64,000 nucleotides of DNA from an uncultured Acidobacteriota bacterium (GTDB lineage: Bacteria > Acidobacteriota > UBA6911), in contig CAWHCF010000031.1 of assembly GCA_963827655.1 (NCBI GenBank), positions 96,001-160,000 of the forward strand, written 5' to 3'. Position numbers and translations under genes: made by a program. The notes below the pieces were generated by a model, which saw only the letters and a program-made list of their open reading frames with translations, was not told the origin of the DNA and did not search any database. Positions 53,865 through 63,598 of this stretch are shown piece by piece; within the stretch, counting starts at the first letter, position 1; each line of letters starts with the position of its first letter.

Positions 53865-54971
53865 TTAGATTCCTAACCGAACCAGAGTTGAGGGCCTGGC
53901 TGGCCTCGGAGGCGGATTATGCGGATCGGCGTGGGGTTGTTCGCGACCCGCCAGCATGCCGCACGCAGCGGAGATGTCATCGCCGCGGGGCCGACGAACC
54001 GGGGCTGTGATCCGGTTGTCGATCAGGATCTTTTGGAATGCCAGAATGCGGTCCTCGTCCGGAGCCTTTAGTGGGACCCACGGATCGGAATTCAGCGGGA
54101 TGAGATTGATCTTCTTTCGGAATCCCGCGAGCAGGTCTACAAGCCGGCGAGCATCTGCAGGCGTGTCGTTGACCCGGTCGATCAATACGTACTCAAAGGT
54201 AATGCGGCGGCGGCGTTCGAGAGGGAAATCCCGGCAGGCTTGCAACAACGCTGCTATGTTCCACTTTTTGTTGATCGGTATCAGCACATCCCGAACCTCG
54301 TCCGTGGTGGCATTTAACGAGATGGCCAGGTTGGGTACTACCGGTTCCCTGGCCAATCGCTCAATCGCGGGCACAACACCGGAAGTGGACAGGGTGATTC
54401 TGCGCGGAGAAATCGACATCCCGCTGGGATGCGTCATCAGGCGCAACGCCTTCATTACGTTGTCGTAGTTGTGCAGCGGCTCTCCCATCCCCATGATGAC
54501 GATGTTCAAGCGCTTTTCTTCCCGGCTTCGCTCCTTCTGTAAGGTCAGGATTTGGCCGATGATTTCACCGGGAGACAGATTGCGGCGCATGGGAAGCTTT
54601 CCCGTAACACAAAAGAGACACTCCACGGCGCATCCGACCTGAGTCGAGATGCAGACGGTATCCCGTTGCCGTTCCGGGATTAAAACCGCCTCGATTCGCT
54701 GCCCGGGTGAAACCTCAAAGAGATAACGCCGGGTCCCGTCGCCGGAAGAAAAAGTCTTGATTACTGGAGGATACTCGATCGTGTATCGATGTCCCAGTCG
54801 TTGACGCAGAGGCTTTCCTAGATCGCTGAACTGATCCCAGTCCGACAGACGCCGGCGGTAAATTCCTGCAAAGATTTGCCGGACACGAAACGGAGCTTCC
54901 TTCAGTTCCTCGACCACGGCCGAGATATCTTCCTGGCTGGCTCCAAGCAGGTTGGTCCGGCTAGCTTCCAT
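53865..54971 (-). CDS. rlmN: Dual-specificity RNA methyltransferase RlmN
   Basis: CISTQVGCAVECLFC, MGMGEPL, TFEYVL, DISAACG. Confidence 0.96.
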   Translation of the reverse strand: MEASRTNLLGASQEDISAVVEELKEAPFRVRQIFAGIYRRRLSDWDQFSDLGKPLRQRLGHRYTIEYPPVIKTFSSGDGTRRYLFEVSPGQRIEAVLIPERQRDTVCISTQVGCAVECLFCVTGKLPMRRNLSPGEIIGQILTLQKERSREEKRLNIVIMGMGEPLHNYDNVMKALRLMTHPSGMSISPRRITLSTSGVVPAIERLAREPVVPNLAISLNATTDEVRDVLIPINKKWNIAALLQACRDFPLERRRRITFEYVLIDRVNDTPADARRLVDLLAGFRKKINLIPLNSDPWVPLKAPDEDRILAFQKILIDNRITAPVRRPRGDDISAACGMLAGREQPHADPHNPPPRPARPSTLVRLGI

Positions 54972-55113
54972 CAAGAATCTCTTCTTATCCGGGATTCATG
55001 CAGGCTCAAACGATACCACGTTGGCAAAGGCGCGTCATGTCATCATGTTGATCGTCATCTGCACCTGTGGTAAGAATAGCTGTTTGCAAGCATCGTAACG
55101 ATCCGAGAGTTGA

Positions 55114-56376
55114 ATGGACGTTCAGAAGAAGGAGTTGAAGAATGGCCTCGTCGTGGCCACCGAGGTCATGCCTCACCTTCGATCCGCCTCCATCGGCGTC
55201 TGGGTAAAATGCGGTTCCCGTTTTGAGAACGATGGCACCACGGGGATCTCCCACTTCATCGAGCATCTGCTTTTCAAGGGCACGAGGTCCAGGTCGGCCG
55301 CAGATATTGCGCAAGCGATAGATTCGGTCGGCGGGCAACTCAATGCTTTCACCGATAAAGAGTATGTGGGATTCTACGCCAGGGTCTTGGATCAACATCT
55401 TCCTTTCGCGTTTGAACTCCTTTCCGACATCGTTCTGAACCCGACTTTTCCCTTGTCGGAAATGAAGCGCGAGCGAAACGTCATCTTCGAAGAAATCAAC
55501 ATGGTGGAGGATTCTCCGCAGGACTTGATTCAGGACATTTTTCTCGAGAACTTCTGGCAGGGGCATCCACTGGGTCGTCCGATTTCCGGCACAAAGGAGT
55601 CGGTGTCGCGCATCACACGGCATGACGTGATCCGGTACTTCAGGAGCAACTACACCGCGTGTAACACGGTGATTTCCGTGGCTGGGAACATCCGGCACCG
55701 CAAGGTCCAGGCGCTGTCACAGCGTCATTTTTCGGATCTGGAGCCGGGGATTTCCACCGAACATGGATCTCCGCCGGTAGTCCGACCTCGGAGGGTAATC
55801 CGCCGAAAGCCCAATCTGGAGCAGACGCATATCTGTATTGGCACTCCGTGTCCGCCCCTCATTTCGCGCGACCGCTTTGCCATCCATATTCTGAGCAATG
55901 TGCTGGGGGGCGGGATAAGTTCCCGTCTCTTTCAAAATATTCGTGAGAAGCAGGGTCTTGTCTATTCCATTTACTCTACTCTGAATCTCTATCGCGATGC
56001 TGGAACTCTCATGATCTATGCGGGGACAGCAGCCGAAAAGGCCCCGGCGGTAATTGCCATGGCTCTGAAGGAACTCAGAAAACTGCGGCGACAGCTGATC
56101 TCAGCCGACGAGCTGAAGCGCTCGAAGGAAAACATCAAAGGTTCAGTAATGCTCAGTCTTGAAAGCTCCAGCAGCAGGATGACGAATCTGGCCCAGCAAC
56201 AGATCTACTATGGTCGTTTCTATCGTCCCCAGGAGATTCTCGACAGCGTAGATCGCGTGCGAGCTGTGGATCTGCGACGATTGGCCAATGAGATACTCGA
56301 TTCCTCGTATCTCACGCTGACCACTCTGGGCAACGAGAATGGCCGGGACCTGGAAACCGTTCCTCTAACCATATAA
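55114..56376 (+). CDS. M16 family (pitrilysin-like) zinc peptidase
   Basis: Inverted zinc motif HFIEH.LFKGT, NAFT, SSRLFQ.IREK.GL.Y. Confidence 0.95.
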   Translation: MDVQKKELKNGLVVATEVMPHLRSASIGVWVKCGSRFENDGTTGISHFIEHLLFKGTRSRSAADIAQAIDSVGGQLNAFTDKEYVGFYARVLDQHLPFAFELLSDIVLNPTFPLSEMKRERNVIFEEINMVEDSPQDLIQDIFLENFWQGHPLGRPISGTKESVSRITRHDVIRYFRSNYTACNTVISVAGNIRHRKVQALSQRHFSDLEPGISTEHGSPPVVRPRRVIRRKPNLEQTHICIGTPCPPLISRDRFAIHILSNVLGGGISSRLFQNIREKQGLVYSIYSTLNLYRDAGTLMIYAGTAAEKAPAVIAMALKELRKLRRQLISADELKRSKENIKGSVMLSLESSSSRMTNLAQQQIYYGRFYRPQEILDSVDRVRAVDLRRLANEILDSSYLTLTTLGNENGRDLETVPLTI

Positions 56377-56380
56377 AACA

Positions 56381-57166
56381 ATGGCGCTGAGTTTCACTCT
56401 ACTCGGAAGCGGAAGTTCCGGTAATGCCACTCTGGTGAGCGACCGGGACACGCACGTCCTGGTCGACATCGGACTCAGTGGCCGCGAGACGGCACGCCGG
56501 CTGCGGGAGCGCAGGCTGTGTCCCGAACAAATCTCTGCGGTCGTGGTTTCCCATGAGCACAGCGACCACTGCCGGGGAGCGGCCGCTTTTGCCAAAGACA
56601 TGGACATTCCTGTATTCATTACCGACGGGGCCTTGCAGGCGTCGTGCATGCGGCTGAATCCCGCAAAACGACAGCGGATTGAATCCGGCGTCCCTTTCGA
56701 CGTGTACGGCTTGCTTTTCGTTCCGTTCGCGGTACCGCACGACTCGGTAGACCCGGTGGCATTTACTATCGAGAAAGACGGAATCAAGGTGGCGATCGTT
56801 CTCGACCTGGGCTATATCACAAACCTTGTGGTGCAGCGTCTGAAAGGGTGTGACGGCGTCGTGCTGGAATCCAATCACGATATCAATATGCTGAAGGTTG
56901 GCCCTTATCCGTGGTCTCTCAAGCAGCGAGTTCTCAGCAGACGCGGTCACCTTTCGAACGACTCCGTGGCCAGCTTTCTCGCCAGTGGGTTTGACGGGAG
57001 GGCACGACACGTGGTTCTGGCCCATTTGAGCCAGAGTAACAATCTTCCGGAACTGGCCTCTTTGTCGGCTCAAAAGGCACTGGAGGAACGATCCACTCTC
57101 CTGCGTTGCCAGACAAGTCTGGAACTCGCGAGCGCGAACCAGATCAGTGCTACCTACTGTTACTAG
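56381..57166 (+). CDS. MBL-fold hydrolase, YycJ/WalJ-like
   Basis: LGSGSSGN, SHEHSDH, PHD, LESNHD, GHLSN, LAHLS. Confidence 0.92.
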   Translation: MALSFTLLGSGSSGNATLVSDRDTHVLVDIGLSGRETARRLRERRLCPEQISAVVVSHEHSDHCRGAAAFAKDMDIPVFITDGALQASCMRLNPAKRQRIESGVPFDVYGLLFVPFAVPHDSVDPVAFTIEKDGIKVAIVLDLGYITNLVVQRLKGCDGVVLESNHDINMLKVGPYPWSLKQRVLSRRGHLSNDSVASFLASGFDGRARHVVLAHLSQSNNLPELASLSAQKALEERSTLLRCQTSLELASANQISATYCY

Positions 57167-57365
57167 CCTGTCTTACGAGAAAATCTTCAGCGCTTCTTGG
57201 CGGTTAGTCATCAGTTTAGCCCTGGGAAAATCTGTAACCGGATTGAGAACTGTGAGAAACCGTGCCACGGCCATGCTCCCGTCGGTTTGCGTCAACCGAT
57301 CCGCTGCCTGAGGATTACTCTTGGAATGGCAAGTCGGACGGGCCCGTGCCCCAGGGACCAGAGAT

Positions 57366-57554
57366 TGGCGCGAGAGTCGGTGGTCAATCATGAACCGGTT
57401 TCTGTTAGCTAAGCACGCTGAGGATCGCGCCCCTTCGGGCTGCGGCCCGCAGGCCCGCTGGCTTTGTTGCTCGCTCCGCACCGGGTACGCATCGTCGCTC
57501 GCGCCTCGCCAGCCGGCCTGCAGCAGAATGCGAACTTATTTCTGCGCGAACCCT
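57366..57554. mobile_element. MITE-like element, copy 2 (left end missing, internal deletions)
   Basis: Near-identical to ~43948-44153, including the right end TTATTTCTGCGCGAACCCT. Confidence 0.8.
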
Positions 57555-57585
57555 GGGAGACAGTGACTGGAGGATCTCAAATCAG

Positions 57586-58878
57586 ATGATCGAGCGCTAC
57601 CTTCCTGCCGATTTGGCAGGGATATGGTCCGAAGAAAACAAGTTTCGCGCGTGGCTGCGCGTAGAACTTGAGGTGTGTCAGGTCCTGGCGGAAAGAGGCT
57701 GGATTCCGTCGCAATCCATGGAGATGATCCGCAGGAAGGCGAACTTCTCGCTAGCCAGAATCCGTGAAATCGAAAATGTCACTCATCACGACCTGATCGC
57801 GTTTACCACCAGCGTAGCGGAGCACGTCGGTCCCGATTCCCGCTACATCCATTGGGGACTTACCTCCACAGACGTGGTCGATACTGCCCAGGCGTTGCAG
57901 TTGCGAGATGTGAATGATCGGATCCTTGCCGCGATCGACGGGTTTCTCGAAGCCGTGAAAAGGCAGGCGCAGGAGCATCGCAAGACCCTGATGATGGGTC
58001 GAACCCACGGAGTTCACGCCGAGGTAACGACTTTTGGCTTGAAGCTGGCGGTCTGGTATGACGAGATGCGCCGCAACCGGGAGCGAATGACGCGTGCCGC
58101 CGAGATCATGCGCGTAGGCAAGATCTCCGGCGCTGTGGGAACGTTTGCCCATCTCGATCCTGAATTGGAAGTCGAGGTGTGCCGGAGACTGGGTCTGGAG
58201 GCAGCCCGTATTTCAACCCAGACACTTCAGCGCGACCGTCATTCAGAGTATGTGGCGACGCTTGCGATCATTGGGGCTTCGCTGGAAAAGTTCGCTACTG
58301 AAATCAGGCACCTTCAGCGGACCGAAGTGCGAGAAGTAGAGGAACCCTTTGCCTCGGGACAGAAGGGCTCTTCGGCCATGCCTCACAAACGCAACCCGGT
58401 GAAATCGGAACAGGTCTGCGGACTGGCTCGCCTCCTGCGCGGGTATGCCGTTACCGCGCTGGAAAATGGCGCGCTCTGGCACGAGCGCGATATTTCACAC
58501 TCTTCGGCCGAGCGGGTAATACTTCCCGACGCTACGGCGGTTCTCTGCTACATGCTCCGTTTGATGACCCGGATCGTCACCGGCCTGGCTGTCTATCCCG
58601 AGCGCATGCTGAAGAATATGGAATTAACCCGTGGACTGGCCTATTCGGGGCAACTCCTGCTCGACTTGACTCGGAAGGGAGTCGCCAGGGAAGATGCCTA
58701 CCAGTGGGTCCAACGCTGTTCGATGAAGGTTTGGGATCAGGACAAGGATTTTCTGCAGGTCCTGCAGGAGGATCCCGACATCACCAAAGTGCTCTCCATC
58801 GAGGATCTCCGCTCGGTGGTCAATCCCGAATTGCAGCTGCGCAATGTCGACAAGATCTTCCACCGGGTCTTCGGTTGA
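57586..58878 (+). CDS. purB: Adenylosuccinate lyase
   Basis: MIERY, GRTHGVHAE, GSSAMPHKRNP, LWHERDISHSS. Confidence 0.98.
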   Translation: MIERYLPADLAGIWSEENKFRAWLRVELEVCQVLAERGWIPSQSMEMIRRKANFSLARIREIENVTHHDLIAFTTSVAEHVGPDSRYIHWGLTSTDVVDTAQALQLRDVNDRILAAIDGFLEAVKRQAQEHRKTLMMGRTHGVHAEVTTFGLKLAVWYDEMRRNRERMTRAAEIMRVGKISGAVGTFAHLDPELEVEVCRRLGLEAARISTQTLQRDRHSEYVATLAIIGASLEKFATEIRHLQRTEVREVEEPFASGQKGSSAMPHKRNPVKSEQVCGLARLLRGYAVTALENGALWHERDISHSSAERVILPDATAVLCYMLRLMTRIVTGLAVYPERMLKNMELTRGLAYSGQLLLDLTRKGVAREDAYQWVQRCSMKVWDQDKDFLQVLQEDPDITKVLSIEDLRSVVNPELQLRNVDKIFHRVFG

Positions 58879-58957
58879 TTTGCGATCGCTCGATTAACGA
58901 TAAGCATGCGAAGACGCAACCCACTACTGCTCGAAGCGCCTGGGCGGGAACTTTGGC

Positions 58958-58986
58958 TTGCATTTTCACCCAACGATTTCTATCAT
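58958..58986 (+). promoter_or_regulatory. Sigma70-type promoter of the rpmH operon
   Basis: TTGCAT-N17-TATCAT, 33 nt upstream of the rpmH ATG. Confidence 0.65.
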
Positions 58987-59019
58987 TAATGGCTTTTGTC
59001 AACCGCCGGGGGACTTGCG

Positions 59020-59160
59020 ATGAAGAGAACCTTTCAACCCAACAACAGCAAGCGGAAGAAGACCCACGGGTTTCGCTCGAGGATGGCGACGAAAGGGGGA
59101 AGGCTGGTTTTGAAGCGCCGGCGAGCCAAGGGTCGAACAAGGCTGACCGTGAGTGGTTAG
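59020..59160 (+). CDS. rpmH: 50S ribosomal protein L34 (not in the ORF track)
   Basis: [46 protein letters not shown]. Confidence 0.97.
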   Translation: MKRTFQPNNSKRKKTHGFRSRMATKGGRLVLKRRRAKGRTRLTVSG

Positions 59161-59506
59161 GAAACCCCAGGAGGGATTCCCCTGGCGCTACAGGATTGTT
59201 CGTGCCTCGGACTACCAATCCATTTACGGCACAGGTCAGAAGGTGCATGCCGAGAGATTCGTTCTCTACGGACGCGAGAATAGTCTGGATCATTCGCGCT
59301 TGGGAATGACGGTTTCCCGAAGGGTTGGCAAAGCAGTGGTTCGAAATCGCGTAAAGCGCCTGCTTCGGGAGATCTTCCGAAAATCCGCTGACGACTTTCC
59401 AAATCATTTCGACTTCGTCGTGAATGCGAAGCGTGGCTGTGCGACGGCTAATTATCGCGCTCTGCGCGCGGAGTTGCTGGACGCGATTCGCAAGCTATTG
59501 CGATGA
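59153..59506 (+). CDS. rnpA: Ribonuclease P protein component
   Basis: [25 protein letters not shown] (RNR motif); synteny. Confidence 0.96.
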   Translation: MVRKPQEGFPWRYRIVRASDYQSIYGTGQKVHAERFVLYGRENSLDHSRLGMTVSRRVGKAVVRNRVKRLLREIFRKSADDFPNHFDFVVNAKRGCATANYRALRAELLDAIRKLLR

Positions 59507-59577
59507 AAGAATCTGCATGCCGAAACGATTCGAACCTGTCTCTGCACGAAACGCTTGGTGCCAGGTCATGTTCGGCG

Positions 59578-59787
59578 ATGAAAAGCATCATTCTTCTTAT
59601 GCTGCATGGATACAAGCGTTACATATCTCCCTGGCTTCCCCGTTCTTGCCGATTCGAGCCTACCTGTTCAGAGTACATGTACCAGGCCGTCGAAAGGAGA
59701 GGAGTCCCGAAGGGAATTCTTCTGGGTGTGAAGCGCCTGTTGAGGTGCCATCCCTTCTGTCAGGGCGGTTTTGATCCTGTGCCATAA
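59578..59787 (+). CDS. yidD: Membrane protein insertion efficiency factor YidD
   Basis: YKRYISP...CRFEPTCSEY...RCHPF..GGFDPVP; alternative start at 59503. Confidence 0.95.
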   Translation: MKSIILLMLHGYKRYISPWLPRSCRFEPTCSEYMYQAVERRGVPKGILLGVKRLLRCHPFCQGGFDPVP

Positions 59788-59806
59788 ACGTGTCTTAAGT
59801 TGATCT

Positions 59807-61497
59807 ATGGAAAAAAAGGCCCTGATAGCCATAGCGTTATCGATTCTTGTCCTTCTGGTTTTCGGATACTTTAACGAACGCCGGTCGGCCGAACGAAGCA
59901 CGTCGGCGCCCCCCTGTGGCGAAGCCTGCCTCGACCACCCCGCCTGCCGAAATTCAGCCTCTTCCTGCGAGTCCTCCAGCCGCAGAGAAACCCGATCAAG
60001 CGGTAGTCGTGAGTCCGGAGGACACTGTCGCTACGGAACAGTCGATAGTTATAGACGGACCCTTGTATCGTGCGGTCGTGGCTAACCGCGGAGGGTTTCT
60101 GACAAGCTGGAAGCTAAAGAAGCATAAGGACGATCAAGGGAAAGATTTTGAGATGGTGGCCGCGAGCCACAACCCTGAGTCGCGACCCTATCCCGGAGCT
60201 TTGGTTCTGGCCGATGCAACACTGAATTGGTTGGCCAACGGCGAATTGTACGAGCCTGCTATTGAGAACAGCGAAGGAAGCGGCACGGACCTCATCCCTC
60301 CCGCAACCGTGCGCCTGCGACTGCGGCGCGGGGACCTGGTGATCGAGAAAAGCTACCAGTTTCATCGGGATAACTATCTGGTCGATTTTCAAGTGTCAAT
60401 CCGGAAAGACTCGAAGCCAGTGGCGGCACGTGCACTGCTGGGCCAGGACATCGGACCTGAGCGCGAGCACCTGATAGATCCGTCATTGCAACTACGGGCG
60501 ATTTATAACCAGGGCGGAAAAATTAATCGGGATGGTCCGCCGGAAGAGCCGAATCAAGTCAGAAGGATCGAAGGAGATGTGCGTTGGGTTGGCTTGGATA
60601 TGCATTACTTCTGCATCATAGCCATTCCTCATCGGCCGCTCGCGGCTTTTGAGTTGCAGAAGAAGCCCGTCAAGACCACGGGCCTGGACGGAAAGGAGAT
60701 CGCGCGAGATTTATTGCCGCTGACAATTCCCATCGAGGACCGCCTCGCCTTGAAGATGTTTGTCGGACCCAAGGAACAGGATCGCCTGAATGCGGTTAAA
60801 GATGCCGATCTCTCGGAAGTAATCGATTTCGGCATGTTCTCGATTCCTGGTCCGCCCGCTGTTGTTTTCGTTGAAATGGATCGTGCGGTACGTACACAAC
60901 TACGGGTGGGCGATCATTCTCCTGACACTTCTGCTGACGCTCCTCTTGTTTCCCTTCCGCCTCAAACAAATGGTTTCGATGAAGAAAATGGCCGTCGTCC
61001 AGCCCAAGGTGAAGGAAATCCAGGAGAAATATAGAAAATATAAGAAGACAGACCCCCGCAGGGCGCAAATGAACCAGGAGGTCATGGCGCTCTACAAGGA
61101 ACACAATGTGAATCCCCTGGGTGGCTGCCTGCCGCTATTGCTTCAGATGCCTCTGCTGTTTGCGTTTTACCAGCTTCTAGCCTCTTCAATAGAGCTTCGG
61201 CACGCGCCCTATATGGCGTGGATCCGAGACCTTTCGGCAAAGGACCCCTACTATGTATTGCCGATTGTCATGGGGATCACGATGTTAATCTCCCAGAAAA
61301 TGACACCGATGGCGCCTGGCGCCGATCCAATGCAGACACGAATGATGATGATGATGCCGGTGGTTTTCACTTTCATGTTTCTGAATGTGTCCAGCGGCTT
61401 GAACCTCTATTTTCTGTGCAGTAATATCTTTCAAGTCGGCTTCCAAAAAGTTGCAGAAAGGTGGATTAATGACGGAAAGCCAGCCTCAAAAGGATGA
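59807..61497 (+). CDS. yidC: Membrane protein insertase YidC; two +1 frameshifts (~59912 in a C6 run, ~60845)
   Basis: MEKKALIA N-terminal TM; periplasmic domain in the next frame; NYGWAII, NPLGGCLP, WIRDLS.KDPYYVLP in the third frame. Confidence 0.93.
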
Positions 61498-61963
61498 TTC
61501 CGCGCCATCTCCGGGCGAATTTCAGCAGACGGTGGCGCAGTTTTGCGAAGGCCTGGTGCGATGCGTCAAGCTGGAGCTAACCGTGACCGCTTCGGAATCG
61601 GACGGAATTGTATCGATAAACTTCTCCGGTCCGGATCGTTCGGTGCTGCTTTCAAACGCCGCATCGTTGCTGAATAGCCTGGAGTATTTACTCAACCGGG
61701 TCTTCCGAACGGGGCGCGAGTCGAGAATCTCCTCGATCGTTCTGGATTCCGAAAGCTACAGGCAGCATCGCGAGGCTGAGTTGGTTCTCCTGGCGCAAAT
61801 GGCTTCGCAGAAGGTCGTTTCCCAGCAAAAGCCTCTGAGCCTGCAGCCCATGACCCCGAGAGAGCGCCGGATTGTTCATCTCGCCCTCGCCATGATCCAA
61901 GGCGTCCGTTCTCAGAGCGAAGGCGACGGAGAGAGCCGCAGCATCACGATATATCCCTCTTGA
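61469..61963 (+). CDS. Jag/KhpB-like R3H RNA-binding protein (short form)
   Basis: PMTPRERRIVH (R3H), SEGDGESR; position between yidC and mnmE. Confidence 0.88.
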   Translation: MTESQPQKDDSAPSPGEFQQTVAQFCEGLVRCVKLELTVTASESDGIVSINFSGPDRSVLLSNAASLLNSLEYLLNRVFRTGRESRISSIVLDSESYRQHREAELVLLAQMASQKVVSQQKPLSLQPMTPRERRIVHLALAMIQGVRSQSEGDGESRSITIYPS

Positions 61964-62082
61964 TTCGCGTCTCAACGCTGGCTCGCGATCCACCGCCAGG
62001 ACGCCAAGACCATAAAATGGGAGCATAAGGTCTCAGGCCCGGCGTCAATCGGCCATCTACGCTCCTCGATCCACATTCGGAT

Positions 62083-63468
62083 ATGGGTGACCTGGATGAC
62101 ACAATCTGCGCCCTTTCCAGCGCTCCTGGCCGTGCGGGTATCGCTGTGGTCCGCATCAGCGGTCACGCAGCCTTTGGAATAGTTCAAAAGGTTTTTTCCC
62201 CCAGAGAGTCTGGTGGCGGTTTCCTGCGGCCGCGACAAGCGGTATTGGGGAAGATTCATCACCCCGAATCAGGAGCCGAACTCGATCAGGCGCTGGTAAC
62301 CTGCTTTCCTGCTCCTCATTCCTACACGGGCGAAGATGTAGCGGAAGTTTCCGTGCACGGCAGCCCGGTCATCGTCTCAACTCTTCTCGATTTCCTTTGC
62401 CAGTCAGGCGCGCGGCTGGCAGATCCAGGGGAGTTTACCCTGAGGGCTTTCCTGCACGGGCGGATAGACCTTGCCCAGGCCGAGGCCGTGCGCGATGTGA
62501 TCGAGGCGAAAACCCTGTACCAGGTCCAGGTCGCATCCCGGCAACGCGAGGGTGAACTCTCTCGTCGGCTGGATCCGCTCAAGAAGCTGATAATTGATAT
62601 TGTGGTTCAACTCGAGTCAGCGGTCGAGTTTGTGGAAGAAGATCTTCCGTTGGAATCGCGCGAAAACGTTGCCGCAAAGCTTGACCAGGCGGGTCTCGAC
62701 CTGAACAAGTGGATTCGCTCCTTCCGTCGAGGGCGGCTGATCAGAGATGGATTCAGCATGGCGATTGTCGGTCGACCCAATGTGGGTAAAAGCAGCCTCT
62801 TCAACGCGCTTCTGGCCCAGGAGCGCTCAATCGTCACGGAAATTCCGGGTACAACCCGCGATCTTGTTTCCGAATTCACCAGTCTGGAGGGTATACCGGT
62901 TCGTCTGCTTGACACCGCCGGTGTTCGAGCCTCAGCGGATAAGGTCGAGCAGCTCGGGGTCGATCGGAGCTTCCAGGTGATGGCGGACGCTGATTCGCTT
63001 CTGCTGGTCGTCGATACCAGCGAACCGCCTGCTGAGGAAGACTGGGAATTGAGAGAGCGACTGAAGGGCGTATCGGGCATTGCGGTGATGAACAAGTCAG
63101 ACGTGCCGTGTCGCTGGTTGCCGGAGGAGAAAGAACGATACGCCGGCAACTGGGCCTGCGCGGAAGTCTCGGCAAAGACTGGAGCGGCGATTGAGAAATT
63201 GCAGAGGGCCATATTGCAGCATCTGTTTGGGGACGAGGGTCCGGATCGTGACGGCATCCTGGTGACGAATCTCAGGCACTGCCACTGCCTGGAGGGAGCG
63301 CAAGAGGCACTCTCGAAAGCCGCGCGCGGGCTCCGTGACGGACTTTCCGAAGAGTTTGCACTCGTGGACCTGCACGCGGCGCTCCGGGTACTGGGCGAGA
63401 TCACCGGTGAGACGACAGTGGAGGAGCTCCTGGGCGAGATCTTTTCGCGTTTCTGCATCGGCAAGTGA
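62083..63468 (+). CDS. mnmE: tRNA modification GTPase MnmE
   Basis: DTICALS, GRPNVGKSS, GTTRD, DTAG, NKSD, FCIGK. Confidence 0.98.
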   Translation: MGDLDDTICALSSAPGRAGIAVVRISGHAAFGIVQKVFSPRESGGGFLRPRQAVLGKIHHPESGAELDQALVTCFPAPHSYTGEDVAEVSVHGSPVIVSTLLDFLCQSGARLADPGEFTLRAFLHGRIDLAQAEAVRDVIEAKTLYQVQVASRQREGELSRRLDPLKKLIIDIVVQLESAVEFVEEDLPLESRENVAAKLDQAGLDLNKWIRSFRRGRLIRDGFSMAIVGRPNVGKSSLFNALLAQERSIVTEIPGTTRDLVSEFTSLEGIPVRLLDTAGVRASADKVEQLGVDRSFQVMADADSLLLVVDTSEPPAEEDWELRERLKGVSGIAVMNKSDVPCRWLPEEKERYAGNWACAEVSAKTGAAIEKLQRAILQHLFGDEGPDRDGILVTNLRHCHCLEGAQEALSKAARGLRDGLSEEFALVDLHAALRVLGEITGETTVEELLGEIFSRFCIGK

Positions 63469-63598
63469 GAACCGTTCGCATTGCTTTGGAAGGTTTTTGG
63501 GGTTCCCGGCCCGTTCCCTGGAAGCGCAATTGAATCGCGGTCTCCAGGAAGGAATCTGTTAGAATGGCCCTTCTTCTTTTCCCCGGAAAGGCAGCGAC

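Noticed and set aside
57255-57320. GACGCAAA motif on the minus strand resembling a c-di-GMP-I riboswitch
   Set aside because: Only a simple TCGGTT/AACCGA hairpin; the GGCAAA-stem-GNRA part is absent and there is no downstream gene on that strand
59807-61497. yidC as a true pseudogene or programmed frameshift
   Set aside because: Essential gene with otherwise intact motifs, no classical slippery heptamer, and the same +1 pattern as six other genes
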